DNA from: Azolla caroliniana
Taxonomy: Eukaryota; Plantae; Polypodiophyta
NCBI GenBank assembly: GCA_043228905.1
Contig: JBHGNT010000011.1
Coordinates: 19,468,001 to 19,532,000, forward strand
DNA: 64,000 nucleotides
Direction of reading: 5' to 3'
The notes under the pieces were generated by a model, which was not told the origin of the DNA, made no database searches, and saw only the letters and a program-made list of their open reading frames with translations. This document shows positions 1 through 14,334 of this stretch, one piece after another (the stretch's first letter is position 1; each line of letters starts with the position of its first letter). Both the position numbers and the translations under genes were made by a program.

Positions 1-127
1 TTTAGAGAAGTTGCAGTTTAAAAATAAGAAGCTAATCTTAACTTTTTCAGACTACATTTGAGAAACAGTAACATGTAAAATTCTTAATAGAGATCAAGGT
101 TTGTGAAAAGAAGGAAATTAAAGTTGA

Positions 128-3100
128 ATGAGAAAACATTTAGGTTACATCACATCACAATCAGACTCTTCTGCTGATGAAAAAGGAAATATACGTGTTT
201 TTGTTCGAGTGCGACCACTAACAAAAGAAGAAATAGACAGAGGAGAGAAATCGTGTGTACAAGTTTTGAAAGATCAGACACAATTTATCAAGGTAATGAC
301 TACCATCAGCTCCCGATGGGTGTTGATTAGAAATACTCTCTTCTGGTCTCATAAATGCAAAGATTAGTATCTTTAACAAAGGAAATTTAAAGGCTACACA
401 CAACTACACTCTCTTGTAGTGATTCAATTTTCCTGAATTGAGCTGTATTTGCTCAATGATGTAGCCCGTTATTAGCAATCAAGGTAATTTAGTAGGCACA
501 CTGTGAGCAAATTCAATTAACAAGTTTATACACTATCTGGCTCTAATGACTTTCGATTTCAATGTATTCAATAAGAAAGATTAGGATTTCTTTCACTTAG
601 TTTGACTGATTTAGAGCAATTCAGGTTAATGTTTCTGAGCACTTCCACAGTTCTGATGAGGTAAACTACATGAGAATTTTTAGCATGATTATGTCCCTTT
701 GGATAATTGCGATAGCAGGTAGACAAGGTTTACAACATTTTAGGCTTAGTAATTAGCATTATTATTTAGGATGATGTAAGTGCATGTCTAGCCGACATAC
801 ACACACATATATGTATGTATATATAATATGGTCTACTTGTTTATTTACTTTGTGATTCTTTGTATTCCTTATGCTTTCAGGTTGTAGATTACGGGTACGG
901 ATACAATGCATTGACAAGAAAGTTTCAGGTATATAGGTCACATATTTAAAAGTTGTATTAATATTCCATGATAGCCTTCCTGAATCTCTCTTCAATTTAT
1001 AGTTTGATGGTTGCCTTAGTCATGAAGTACGGCAAGATCAGATCATGGAAAGGTGTGAAGTGCAGAAACTTTTAAATTCTGTGCTAGATGGCTATTCCTC
1101 AGCCGTAATAGCTTGTGGCCAAACAGGCTCGGGTAAAACATACACCATGTGTGGTCGAAATGAGGTTTGCACTACTACATTTCATCATCTTGTTAATGTT
1201 AGTAGTAGAAGATACATAAGCAATGCATATGCAGGAAAGAAGCAGCCATGAAGATGGTCTTATTGCCCAGTGCGTAGAATGTATATTTACAGCTATGAAA
1301 TCACATGCTACTGGTAGCAATAAGAGATCCTTTTCTTTGCGAGCATCTTATTATGAGGTCTACAATGAACAGGTACTGTACTGACGTACCTATGGTACAC
1401 TACTAAACAAGTGATGCTGTAAAATTACCATAAGGAAATTTGTACTTATTCAAACATAGCTTCAGTAAGCTTATTTTGGTACTCGTTTCTATGGAGTATG
1501 GTTATGCTGGCATGCTATACAATATCTACAGTTTATATTATTATTCACTTATGTGAAAGTTGAATGAGAGGTGGAAACCCAGGAAAATAATTATCATGAA
1601 ATGACTAATAGTATAGTTAAAGAAAATAGATTACACTAACATGAAGTCTCTAACACTTCAACTTCCAATAGCAGTCACAACTACATTGGCAGAACTATAA
1701 TGATGGAATTGTTGATAATCATGGTACATTTATGACAAGTTCAAGCAAGTTCTTGCTTACAGCATCCCATGTTCCAGACTTAGTGGAGTCCATTTTGAAC
1801 GGCCATGATATTAATGACTATCCAAACACCCTTCAAACACAACCACTTATATATGAATGTTTCAGAGTTCCATCAACACAATCAAAAGAAGCCGAAGCTT
1901 GGCCCACACAACTGTATCTTGTGGAACTTACCATCACGATGTGAAGGTCTTGCTTGGAATAACTTGGAGTTGTATAGAAGTTTCTAAAATTTTCTAGAAT
2001 TCTGTAATTTCCTTTGCCTTTGCAAAAAGTGCTTTAACCTTCTTTGACCACTCCCTTTCCAGCGGGGTATTGGGCTACGAAACTCCTTGGTCTTGCCAAT
2101 GCCAAGTATGGTATGAAAGCAAGGTAAGTCTCATTCGCAATCTTGAGCAGGTCTTATCCTATGTTCAATTTTCTTGGCATCGAGTTGCTTATCGAGATAA
2201 AGCATTAATCAAACTCTGGTGATAAGGGTGTTGTAATCAAGCTCTTGTAATTATTTCATATAATATATTCGAGTTACATTCAAATGACCCCTGTCATTGA
2301 TCACTTTTGTGCCTTGTTCATAATGTAGGCTTCATTCCCACACCTATTTATATCTTCCACTTCATTCCCACACCTAGTTTACATCTTCCACTTCATTTGT
2401 CCATGGTCTCGTAAGCTTTTCCAATGCATGGTTGTATTGCATCCACTGCTCTGAAGAGGTACCCTAGATATCACATATGCAATGATGCTTTTGGTATCTG
2501 AAAAATGCAATATCTTCTCCCATTCCCTACACAGTCTCTCGGCTTGCTAGAAGCCAAAGGAGAGGTATCCATGATGCATGCATATCTAGTGTGTGAATAC
2601 TTTACAGGGTTTTCTTGGACCTATTAGGGAACTGGTGTTGAAGGAACTTCTGGTATTACTGGTAATAAACCTATAAGAGGGATCTGCAATAATTAAATTG
2701 ATTAAGTAGGAAAAAGTTCCTCTATTTTTAGAAATAATATAAGTAAAAGAAGCATAATTGAAACACTATCTTATACTTTACAGTGTTTTTTTCAAATTAG
2801 GGTTTTGTAAAATAACAGACTCTTCAAGTGGTAGTGTTAAATTAAATCTTCCACCTTGTAACGATTAAATGAAACTAAACCGTTTGATTTTTAAATTTTA
2901 TTTTTGCTTTATAGGTGAATGACTTATTACGATTGGATTCTGCTCCAAGAGATGTAAAATGGTGTGTGAAAGATGGGTATTATGTTGACAATCTGCTTCT
3001 AGTTGATTGTGAAACTGTTGATGATGTCTTTTCTGTTCTCAATGAAGGGGCCAAAAATCGTAAGGTATGTTGATATTTGAACATTTATATGTTTTTTTCA

Positions 3101-6100
3101 TTCTGTGCTGAAACATTCTTAAACTGCATTGTGTTCTACAGGTTGGATCCCATGATCTTAATAAAGATAGCAGTAGAAGTCATTGCATTATGACCCTTCA
3201 TGTTGATTCAATCACTGAGATTGAGGGGGCCTCTCCAATTGTTAGATATGGTAAAATGCTATTTGTTGACCTTGCTGGAAGTGAAAGACTAAAAAAAAGT
3301 AGAAGCTCCGGAGATATGCTGAAAGAAACAGGAAATATTAACCGATCTCTATTTACACTTGGCAAGGTAACCATTACAAGTTATGAAATGGTGTGTTGGT
3401 GTTATGATCTGTTTTTTAGTGAGTAACGAGACAAAAAATTAATGAACAGAATAATACTACATTTGCTATGGAGGGAAAGGACTAAATACAATATAATTTT
3501 CTTCATATGAATAAAGACCTATATTTCACAGTGCTTTGAGAATGGTTAAATGGTTTATATTTCGCAGTGTGTGATGCATATTCCTTCCATCTGAAGAAAG
3601 GAATTCAAATAGCCTAGAAACTGTCGCGTAGATTCTGTAAAATCACTGAATAGGAAGTTATTTAGGTGTACTGTATGATATATTTGCTTTGCATAATAAG
3701 TTTGTGTCCCAGGAGAATGAATCTAGTCTCAATGTGTACTCTAAAAACAACTAACCGTAAATGAAATCCATACCAATTGGGGATTTATAGTCTTGACAGT
3801 CTCTTTGATTGCTAGTATTATATTCTGATAGTAGTACTGTTATTTCACAATCAAGATTCAACTTAAAACGTTCTCTTTGTTGGCTTCCAGGTAATTTCAG
3901 CTTTGGCAGAGGGTAAAAAGGGTGACTTGGTACCTTACAGGTATTGGTTTTTCAACTCCTATGATGTAGATATGATCCTTCCCTGGCTGTCTTTAATATG
4001 GAGAGCTTGAAGGCGTGGCACATGCATTTCATTATCAAGTGAACAGCTGTTTATTAATTTCTCTGAGGTTCCCCTATTAAATAGAAGCAGTTGCTAGATT
4101 GGTTTTTAGCTGAAGCACCTCAAATTTGGGTCGGTTAAACCAGTGTACCACTTTCACTGGTAGTTAATATAGCTTTTTAGTGTAACCATTCCAATTGATA
4201 GGTGACCACTCTCACATGATGCCAAATTTATGATGAATTTAGCATAAACGTCTATAAATATTCAGCATTTGGATACTATACTTCCAGTGTTTGCTGCAAA
4301 CAATGCCAGTGTTAATTTAATTAGTTGAATTTTTAATTCAGTTATACTTCCAGTTTTCCATATTTATAGGGTCTTCTTTACATCTAAAAGAGTTAGATGT
4401 GTAGGCGAACTTGCCCTTATACAGAATTTCATCATATCCCTAGACCTCAATCACAGAGGACACAGACAGTTATATTCTCTAATATTAATTACATGTGACA
4501 GAACTTGAAATTGAAGTTTATTCTGATTCAGGGAAAGCATGTTAACAAAGCTTTTGATGGAATCACTTGGTGGAAACAGTCTTGCGTTGATGATTGCTTG
4601 TATCTCACCAGCCTCTTCAGTTGTTGAAGAAACATTAAGCACCTTATACTATGCCACATGTACAAAGACTATTGTGAATGCACCCTCTGTCAATATTGAC
4701 GAGAGAGACAAGGTATATATTTAAGACTGTATTCCACTTAAAGTTTTGTTAAATGTATTTGAAGCATCCTCCTCAATTGTGAGCAACTGTCTATAATCCA
4801 CGACAAGTCATAGTGCAGGTTGCCACTTGCATGCTGCTGAGGTATATGGAGGATAGGCTATTGTAATCCCAGTCATTTTTCTATTTGAAGTTTTTTGAAA
4901 TTGATGTGGAACAATTGTGTTCAGGTTATTGTAAACCTTCATAAAGAGATAGACCAGCTGAAAGAAGAAAACAGGTTGCTGCGGTCAAAGCTTGGACTGC
5001 AACCTGAAGGAGATATAACATCTAGTGCAGTACTTAAAACAAATGTGGAGATGAATCCTTCTTCTGGATTGTCCTTACCATTCACATCATTTTTGAGAAC
5101 TGCCCCACCTGCAGTTGGTGAGGAAAATGAAGCTATTCCTCCAGGCGGGATGGTAAATAGTAACAAGTGTGGATGGATGCTAGATAAGGAGAGGATGCTG
5201 ACGCAATTGCGAACTGCAGAAAGGTTGCTGTGTAAGAAAGTACCTTCCAACTCATCAGAAAACCTACAGGTAATCTGTGTTCATTTCTGTATTTATGATT
5301 TTTGTAGAATTTTACTCATATTAGGAGTCTCAAAGTAAAACTAGCAAGATTTCGAAATATACATGTTCATTTCAAATTCTGATATCATATTTAAAAAGAC
5401 ACTTCTATGTAACATTCTAGAGTTTTTAGTTGAAGTGTCTTGAGGATTCTGGTGCAACTAGTTAACCTAATCAACAACCTACCTGAACACAAAATCCAAG
5501 GAGATATTGAAGGATATTCATTATATACACATTAAAAGTTGATCTGTATAGCATAGCTTCTTGTCTATGCAAAGACAATAGGGAACCAGACTTGATATTG
5601 TGGTTTCACTTGAAAGGTAATCCACTGTTTTTGGAAAACCCTAGCCAGTTGCAAAGCAGATACATTATCTGATCAGTCAACATAGGTCACCCGTAAGAAT
5701 ATTTTGTTGGTGATGTATACTGAACCAGAATTAGCCACACGCCTTTACAATCTAAGAGAGTTTTTATAATTAATTTTTTCTTTTAGTTCCCGCACTCAGT
5801 AAAAGCCATAGCATTCAGTAAGAATATTTTTGTTGATGGTGTCTATTGAATCATAATGTCATGATAAGACTGATCAATCATATTGAATGCAACTAGATCA
5901 AAAATTTTACCAGAGTTAGTGACAGGCACCTCCAACCTAGAAGAGAGAATTCTTCATCTAATCATTTTCTCTTTCATTTCTTCTATCCATTTAGGTCACA
6001 TTAGCACATCCTACATGGCTCCAGTTTCTGTGTGCGTTTTCATGGAAGTCTTAATTGCATGATGCCCCGCAGTTATCATCATAGTGCCGTATGATTACAA

Positions 6101-6809
6101 TTGCCATGCTTATATCAGAGGTTGCATGTTGCAAAAAAACAGCAACATTTAGGAAAGACAAAGAAGTTGCTACAAATTTTCTGTTATAAAACATGCAATC
6201 TTATATCTAGATCAAATTCTTATTTGATGGAAAACATTCTGGATTGATGCATGATATGTGAACTGAACGTTTTTTGCATGTTCTAATTGATGAACTTTTG
6301 GTAGCAACTTCATTGCTTTCCTGAACACCTTGCAGGATGCTCTGCAGCATGCAAGTGTGTGGCAGCAAGAACCAGGAGCATCTGTGATAGAAGGGATAGA
6401 AAATCTACCTAGAACAAACTCTTTCTTGAGTGCACAACCCCTTCATGCATATTCAGAGGAATCTTTCAAGGGTAAAAGTCTGGATCATAACACCATAAGC
6501 AGAGGGAGAAGTGATGACACATATGGTGGTGGTCATCCCCGAAAGCTACAATTAGGAAAGCAAAGAGGCCTAGCTGCCACATATCAAGGTTTAGATGCAA
6601 ACAAACTATTCAATCGACGTAATAGAGTCAGTGTGGATCATCTCAGTTCAAGGTTGAGGTCCAAGTCTTTACCAAGAGGCACTTTGTGCAAGGGTGGATT
6701 GAAAGATCGTGGATTTCAGGGCAGCATTACGGTTAACCAGAATGCATTTCTGCGTCTTCTAGATATCGATATATCAGAACAAGATGGCTCCAATATTGTG
6801 AATATGTAA
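128..6809 (+). CDS. Kinesin motor protein, KIF12/kinesin-16-like; 10 exons, ~645 aa
   Basis: Exons assembled by hand with GT-AG borders in one continuous frame: 128-292, 881-928, 1003-1164, 1235-1372, 2915-3064, 3142-3366, 3891-3940, 4532-4712, 4925-5269, 6336-6809. Motifs: [11 protein letters not shown]-loop [18 protein letters not shown], switch I NKDSSRSH, switch [25 protein letters not shown], followed by coiled coil. KIF12-like signatures W...[33 protein letters not shown]; subfamily is from recall. Confidence 0.9.
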
Positions 6810-9800
6810 CTTTTTGGTTCCGTCAGCAAATACAATGGAATTTTCGAGAAGCAAAGGTTAGATTTTGGTTGCTGGTTCTTCAGCAGAAAAGAAGTTGTGA
6901 TGGTTTCTTAGACCCCAACTTCTGTAAAGTTGGAATCCCCAGTGGTCCGTGTAGATATCATTCTTTAAGCCTGCTAAGTTTTATCCTCTTGCCATGTATA
7001 AAATAGTTGGGATTGTTTGTATCCTGAAGTCAGAAGTTTTTATGAATATATGTAAAACTTGCTCACATGTTGGCTTGAAGTATAGCTGACCAAAAGCTTA
7101 AAATCTGGCAGCCTGTTATGTGTGTAGTCTTGGATATCTGGATGATATGATCACGTCTTTGTAACTTACTAGCATACATTAGCACTTGAATAATCTGTCA
7201 TTTTGTTCTGTGTGAATGAATTTCTTATGAAATAGGATCGTTAATTCATGACTGCTAAAGTTGTAACCATCTATCTGTGTTCTTTGTCTCAGAGCTATGA
7301 CCCGAAAATGGAAATAATTTCAGACTCGCACAGATTGTAATGGATGCATAACCTATGCACATTTTTGAAGCGATGTAGATCATTATGCTCAAAAGGGAGG
7401 CCACTCATCTTGGTAGGTCATTCCCCACTTTTGTAAAATGTGGTTTTGGCATTCAATATTTCAAGTTTCAATCTATCCCTCTGTAATCATATATGGTGTT
7501 CTTGAAATGGGCCTCTTTGCGTATTGCAAGTTAGGTCCTTATTTATTGAGAACTGCTTCAGATTTTGACTCTGAAGATTTTTGTCTTATTGGTATAGATT
7601 GCTTTGTTGGGCCACACCCTAAGTTTATAGACACGTCTGCTGGCTAATAGCTTCGAAATCCCGTTAGAATATAATTGTGCAAACTCTCCATGAGCACAGT
7701 CTCATTTCTCATGTCTTTTGTTAAATTCATTGTGGGAAGAAGTGGTTTGGTTACTTAATTTTCAAGGCCATGCGACAGGTGTTTCATTACTACGACCATG
7801 AATTCAAGAGCCATTTTTAGGTTCAGTATATTACAGCATTTTGATGGTGGATTCGGGAAAGGGCTCAGTTTGCTGAATGAGGAGCTAACTTCTGCTGAAA
7901 TAGTCAGGCAATGAGGGATTATACTCCCAATGAGGTTGTATAAATATCTCATGGTTTGAAGCCAAGATTTCATGGTAGTGTCTGCTTTATTATGAACCAT
8001 GCATTTTCACAAACTTTATTTTGTAATAGAAGTATGTGTGCTCAACATGCTCAACATTGCAAACATTTATCAGTAGCAAGTGTTTGTCGGGTGTGAACTG
8101 TGTTAGAAAAATTGAGTATTTATCATTAGCATGTGTTTGTGGGGTGTGAACTGTGTTAGCTACTTGAGCTGTGTGGGTCTTTTTAATCGCATTTTCCTGG
8201 GTTCAAATTATGAGGGTGTGAACTAAGTACAACAATAGTTGTGGTATTACTGCACGTCTTATAAAATTATACCTTTTATGTGTGCCTTCTATAGACTTAA
8301 GAGAGACCTTGGAAGCAACTTGTATGAAGAACACACTATATACGCTTTTTGCAAGATTCCCATGTTAAGTTATCCAAACTAAAAGCGTGGAGCTTAATAC
8401 GCAAGATGGGAGTATATTTTTCTTCTTTGATGAGAAATATATTGTAATGGCCTTATTAGGATTATGAGTAAAAACTATTTATGCATTCAATATTCTTGCT
8501 TATGTATTGATTTCTAACTATAGTCTATTTTGTGATTTCATTGGTGTTACTTTTCCCAAAGTTGTGTAGCTCTTATAAAGCACAACTTTCTTTAGATAGT
8601 GTATGATGGTCGTCACTTCATCATCCCATGGAGAAGATTGGATTGTCTTGAGCATGATGAAAGAAAGTGATGAATGGAGGAGTTCAAGAATAGAAAAAGC
8701 ATGTAGAGCATATTGGTGTAGGGTTTGGTGAGGTGTAGATAGAGAATAATAAAAGAACATAAGTAAGTCTTCCTTAGCATTGTTTTAGCAATTTTGGAAA
8801 AATATTAAATTCTAATGCTATTTTCAAAAGGGATGCGTTGATGGATAATCGTTAGATCAACAATCACTATAAATTTGAGGCATAGACTTGGCAGAGCTGA
8901 GAAGGCCTTCAAAGTTTACCATGACCGCAAATTAAGTCCATAGAACTAGTTGAGAGACTTAGGTGGGGTATATGCATAGGTCAAGATCATTTCAAGTGAT
9001 CCGTGGAATGCTACTAGTAGGCCACATCCTATTAAGCTTAGATTTAATATGCTAGGAGTTTATACCCTTATGTGTGGCACTACACAATGCAGGTTCACAT
9101 GGGATAGGTCCTACAAGGATATAGTTCTAGCCACATTGAATGGATGGGGTTGTACTAGAGTTGACTATTGGTTAAGGCAAGAGTAGCCTTAAATCTTTAT
9201 ATCAATCGGTTGGAGTCACCTTGTGGTGACCAAGCATGGAACGAGAATAAAGATAGTTGAATGGCTCACTAAATTTTGTGGCACCCAAATAATAGTACCT
9301 TGGTTATTGCATGCATTTCCACATTGTTCTCTTTAGCTCTTGGCACCCTAGCCTTACTATCACATGCACACCTCGGCTCAAAGGGGGGGGAGGGGGGGGG
9401 ACGGGATCACCAAACTATTGGAATCCACCAATGATGAACTCATAGACAAGAAGCTAGCTCGCTATGAGGTAGACAACCCCATCTCAAATTGACCAATCCG
9501 TTTAGGCTGCCAACCAACTAAATCATTTAAATATCGACCATTGTAAAGAGAGGTTAGAGTGCAAAATGTCTTCGTTCTATGTATAATGTAATTATGTCAC
9601 GCCCAATATATTCTACTTCTTTCATTCATCTATCTTGTTCTTTTTGTCACTGAGCACTATTATTTGTGTGTGTGTGGGTCTCTAGAGTTGGGAGAATGAG
9701 TGAGTGGGGATTGTGGGGATGGGACACATCGAAAAATAAGTAATGCGTAAATAGGTTGGAGGGTAGAAAGCTAGTACGAGTGAGTAACACTCAAGGATGT

Positions 9801-9899
9801 AGACACAAATGGTTTAAAAGATGTTGACACAAGTTGTCTGGCATTATGGTGTGGTTGGTTCTCTCAGACACAACTAAGATATTTTGCTTCCTTTTGGTA

Positions 9900-11100
9900 G
9901 TCTAATTACTAGTGTAGAAATGTTGTCCACGTTATTGACGTTGGCGATGCGATCAAATCTATGGCATCAACTTGAGAGGGGTTGATAATACCATCATCAA
10001 TTCCCACTAGGATAAGGCTATAACTTGGGGAAAATACACAACTGACACCATTGGTAGATAAGAGTAAGAAGGAAAGGAATGTATTCATTCGATAACTAGG
10101 GTTGGTTTTTTGGGAGTATAGACCCCTCCACCAAACTTCAGGATTAGAAGAAACACAACCTGATGTAATGATCATTAGCATCTAGGTATGTCATGTGTTG
10201 AAGGTACTACTAATACATGTGATATATCTGTGGATGCGCATCGTAATCAAATTGTTTGCATGAGTTGGCTTACTTTGCAATGTAGATCTAGGTACCCCAC
10301 AAATTATGAAATCCTCATTTTTTTCATACTCATATGTACTAACATGATGTTTTCTACATCTTTAATTACAACATTGTATCCCATGGTAATCTTATGTATA
10401 TATCTTGAGTTGTTCTTCGTACCGTGATCCTTCTGCGGAAATAAGTACTCAATGTTTAATAATTCATTTTGTTCTTCACCAATAATGAATTGTATGAATG
10501 GACATTTTACAATGTTTAAGAGATGCCAAAAATATTTTGTGCACTCTTTATATGATCTCCTTTTATGTAAAGAATGCTTTGGAAGGGATTCTCCTACCAT
10601 CAAAAGAGCCCCCCACTTTACGTTGGGTTCACCACAAAAAAATTGATGCGTAGAACTTAAAAGTAGTGAAATAGCTCGAAATGACTTTCTTTTACATATC
10701 TTTGAATATCACATTGCAAAATCGGAAGTTCCATGGAGCATGAGTACAAACAAAACCAACACATAATCTCAAAAAGTCTTTAAGAAAACAACCACTTCAA
10801 GAAAGCAATACAAGATTGTCTTTTGCTAGGGTTTGGGACAATATATGGTGTGCCTAAAACTTGATTGATGATACCTGTGAAATTGTACAAAAACCAATCT
10901 AACCGTTGAAGGAGTTTCCCATATAATCACTGCTTACCGCCTCTCAAGGCCCTTAGGAAGTTCTACTCTCCCCCAACCCCAATATCTAAAAATATGTAGA
11001 TCTAAGAGCTCTCCCATTTCTCTTGGCATTTGTAGAGTGCTAAGTTGTCTTATACAACTTGCCACTTATTGCTTTATCTTATGTCTAAATATTCTTTTCT
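9900..11100 (-). mobile_element. Possible highly degenerate retroelement (LINE-like) relic
   Basis: Broken minus-strand frames with weak LINE ORF2 C-terminal flavour (e.g. ..MPREMGELLDL..); many stops, no termini recognised. Confidence 0.2.
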
Positions 11101-12959
11101 TTCAAACATATTTCTTCGTCTTCATTTTTCTTCTTCACTTTCTCATGTTTTTCCTTGATTTAACATTGTTGTTGTGGATGGACTTATCTTATGGTGGTGG
11201 TGGCTTGCAATTGTTGATGATGTGGCATCATGTGGCGACCCTTTTTTTGTGCACACTTGGCGTTTGTCCCTTTATTGCCTCGTCTCTCATGTTTTTCAAA
11301 AAACTTTTAATGAAAGTATTAAAACAGGCTTTCTTTCTTAAAATATTTTAAGAGCATGGACTCACACATATTTGACCCACCTCATGTAAAAAATGTACTC
11401 AATGATGGCCATTATTCTCGAACTAATATATGATATCCTTGAACCTTCAACATACATATTTCTTCTTCCCAATTCATTGTCAGAAAAAACTTGAATCAAT
11501 ACATGCTAACAAATTATATTTGCCTCTTCTTTTTTTATAAATAAAATAAAAATCCTCCATTGGTATTAAAATAGTCCACTATTACAATGAATATTGCATG
11601 TGAATGTGGTTGCATCAGGTTTTAAACCTGATTTCAGTATACATTTGAAACATTGGACAACCATATATCCATCGTGCTTGTAACTAGAAATCCACTAAAA
11701 ATTTCTTGTACTTGAGTGAGGCCACCACATTGACAAGTGTTGCCAATGGTTTCTGAATTTTTTTTTGTAAAGGAAAACATACTTCTAATAGTTATATTAT
11801 TATGCATGACATCATATAGCCATTACTGTGGTGAAAAAGAGAATTTTTTTAATGTGAAACTCAATTCTCATCCAAACTAGGAACACAAGTTCTTTGGCCT
11901 TCCCTTATAGTTTGACAAACCATCAAACACCTAATTGGGTTGTTTCAAGGTCTTATAGGAATAGTGACTAGTTTAATCGTCAAACAATATGGTTGCAATG
12001 CTCATCTAATTGTAGATACAATACATGCACTCTCATTAGCCCAGAACCATGGAAGGCAATGGGTAATGAATGTCATTACATTCACTAGAGTGTGCCTTGG
12101 CCCATATAAAGATCCCCCATAAATTGTATGTGCAATGCTACATACAAAAATGAGATTCATAAACATGTTAGTGACTTATCACCTCTACCATAATTATGTT
12201 GTTGTAATCCTAGCCTATGTGTGTGCCTAACATAAGGGCATTAGTTTGAGCATGACATTGAACAACCTTAGTTAAAGCAACAATAGTGAACAATGTTAAC
12301 TTGACAAGCTACATACTTTACTTTGCTATCACAAGATCATGTCATAATTTTCTAGATGTACAAAAGACCCAAACCCCAATAAGTTTAATAATAGTATCTC
12401 CTTTTCCCCATTGCTTCGATACAAACACCTCATGCCCCCCATGATCTCTATAGAACTAACTTTTTACTCCTATCATACAATTATGAATGGATAGAAATGA
12501 AGACATCGAGTCCCCATTAGTTAAATAGGACCAAGTTTTCTACTGCAACATCGATGCAATAATATTGAACTAAAAAAGTATGTTTTTCCCTCTCTACACC
12601 CAAGGTTCCAATGGTAAAATAATATTGTGTGAATGGAGCAACAACTTAGTGACCACCACTTTTTAGATGGTTAAAAGGGCTTCTTCGATCATTTTTCGCA
12701 TGTGTATTCATGAGAGACATAATGTTTCAAAATGTCCTTGTAGTAATAATAAAAATGGACGTCATGGACACTCATCAATAATTACTGGACAAAAATATAA
12801 TAACATATGAGGATGCACGTTCCTTTTCCATTTTTTTAACCCCGATCCTTCTTGGGACATCGACCTACACGTGAAATGTCTCCGATCAATCTCATTGGAA
12901 TCTAGTTGCCAACTTGTTTACCTCGAAATCACATAACTACACTTCTAAATGCACATATT

Positions 12960-12961
<2 letters not shown>

Positions 12962-12994
<33 letters not shown>
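12962..12994. repeat. (AC)n microsatellite
   Basis: About 16 perfect AC units. Confidence 0.95.
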
Positions 12995-12996
<2 letters not shown>

Positions 12997-13344
12997 TAAT
13001 ATATATTACACACTTTACATTTTTAACATTTTAATGTAGAAACATAGGATAAATAAGGCTTCTAAAGTAGATAGACTAGAATCATAGTGAAATGGTGCTA
13101 AAGAGTTAAGGTGTTCCCATTGTGGCCATTAAAAGAACAAGCAAGCTATCTCATGCAATGTCACCTAAAATTGAAGTCAAGTGCCTCTAAATCTGGCCCA
13201 CCTTCTAAAAGTGGCGTAGATAATATATCCATACATCTGTATATGTACGTCTACATATTCCTCATTTCATTTCATGTATAATACATAGTCTATACCTTTC
13301 TTACAATACATGAAGTAGTTCTTGTACACCAAAGCTATAGTAGA

Positions 13345-14334
13345 ATGAAGCTACATTATATTCAGGATCATGACAATGAGCCCAATATAAGCTTAAATGC
13401 ATTCGAGTTTACCAGCAATATCAATAGACAAAATTATAACACTAGTTTGTTGAGGAACGATATAATGTTAAGCTCACTCTCGGAGCCAGCTTCTCCCCGA
13501 TTCTCGTCGACTTTCAACGAGTTTGTTAACTCTACAACTACTTATAATTCGAGTGGACATAACGCCGATTTTCATCGCAATAATAATTACATTGTAATTA
13601 ACTCTAGCCTTTCAGCTCCACAATCACCACACCCTTTCAGTAGAGCCAATGGGGGCTTCCAATCATACAGTAATGATAGTAACACCATGTCCACATTGTT
13701 GTCCAACCATATACACAAAGCTCTGGCATCGTCATCGACATCATCATCTAAGGATCAATTATATAGATCATCCATGGATATGCCATATAATAATGGTGAC
13801 CATGAAGGTGCTTATGGTACTAACCACATTCACCAGCATAATGTAAGAATCATGAGAAGGTCTAGTAGGTGGAAATCACTAGCCACATTGAAAGGTATGT
13901 TGCGACAATTCGGAAGATCAAACAGTTATTATAATTCTAGTGGAAATGATGGCCCACGGAGCTCGGTGAGCCATAATATTAACAAATCCACTAATATCTT
14001 AGGACCCAAATCAATATCATCCTCATCAGCACTAAGCTCATCAGGTTTAATCGATCCCAAATACTCTCCTCACATTCATGATCATTATACAAAGAAGAAT
14101 GTTCCCTATCATAACCACAAGTTGGTTAGCAATGGGACTAAGGCTCGCTCTCATCATCAGCGAGACGAGGATGTGACAATGAGGCAGAGAAGATCGAGTA
14201 AGGTGTCTGGCACTACATTCGAGTCGTGGCGTCCTTATCGGCTCAATGTCTTGGGGTTCTCCTCCATCCAGAGCAGCTACCGATACATGTCAACAGTATG
14301 TAAGAATTTGCAATCTTCGACATCACGAGGATGA
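13345..14334 (+). CDS. Intronless Ser/Asn/His-rich plant protein, DUF1645-like, 329 aa
   Basis: Long ATG-TGA ORF with family-like blocks in the expected order: AFEF, SEPASP/SAPQSP, SRWKSL...GRSNS, SPH..HDHYT, and C-terminal RR...TF...PYR..VLGF. Confidence 0.7.
   Translation: MKLHYIQDHDNEPNISLNAFEFTSNINRQNYNTSLLRNDIMLSSLSEPASPRFSSTFNEFVNSTTTYNSSGHNADFHRNNNYIVINSSLSAPQSPHPFSRANGGFQSYSNDSNTMSTLLSNHIHKALASSSTSSSKDQLYRSSMDMPYNNGDHEGAYGTNHIHQHNVRIMRRSSRWKSLATLKGMLRQFGRSNSYYNSSGNDGPRSSVSHNINKSTNILGPKSISSSSALSSSGLIDPKYSPHIHDHYTKKNVPYHNHKLVSNGTKARSHHQRDEDVTMRQRRSSKVSGTTFESWRPYRLNVLGFSSIQSSYRYMSTVCKNLQSSTSRG

Noticed and set aside
1700-2400. Possible LTR-retrotransposon fragment or solo LTR in kinesin intron 4
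   Set aside because: A TG...CA segment (1940-2278) has no matching TSD and the upstream chromodomain-like similarity is too weak to support.
8960-9300. Possible LTR with PBS-like TGGCACCCAA
   Set aside because: Match too short and no paired LTR or internal ORF.
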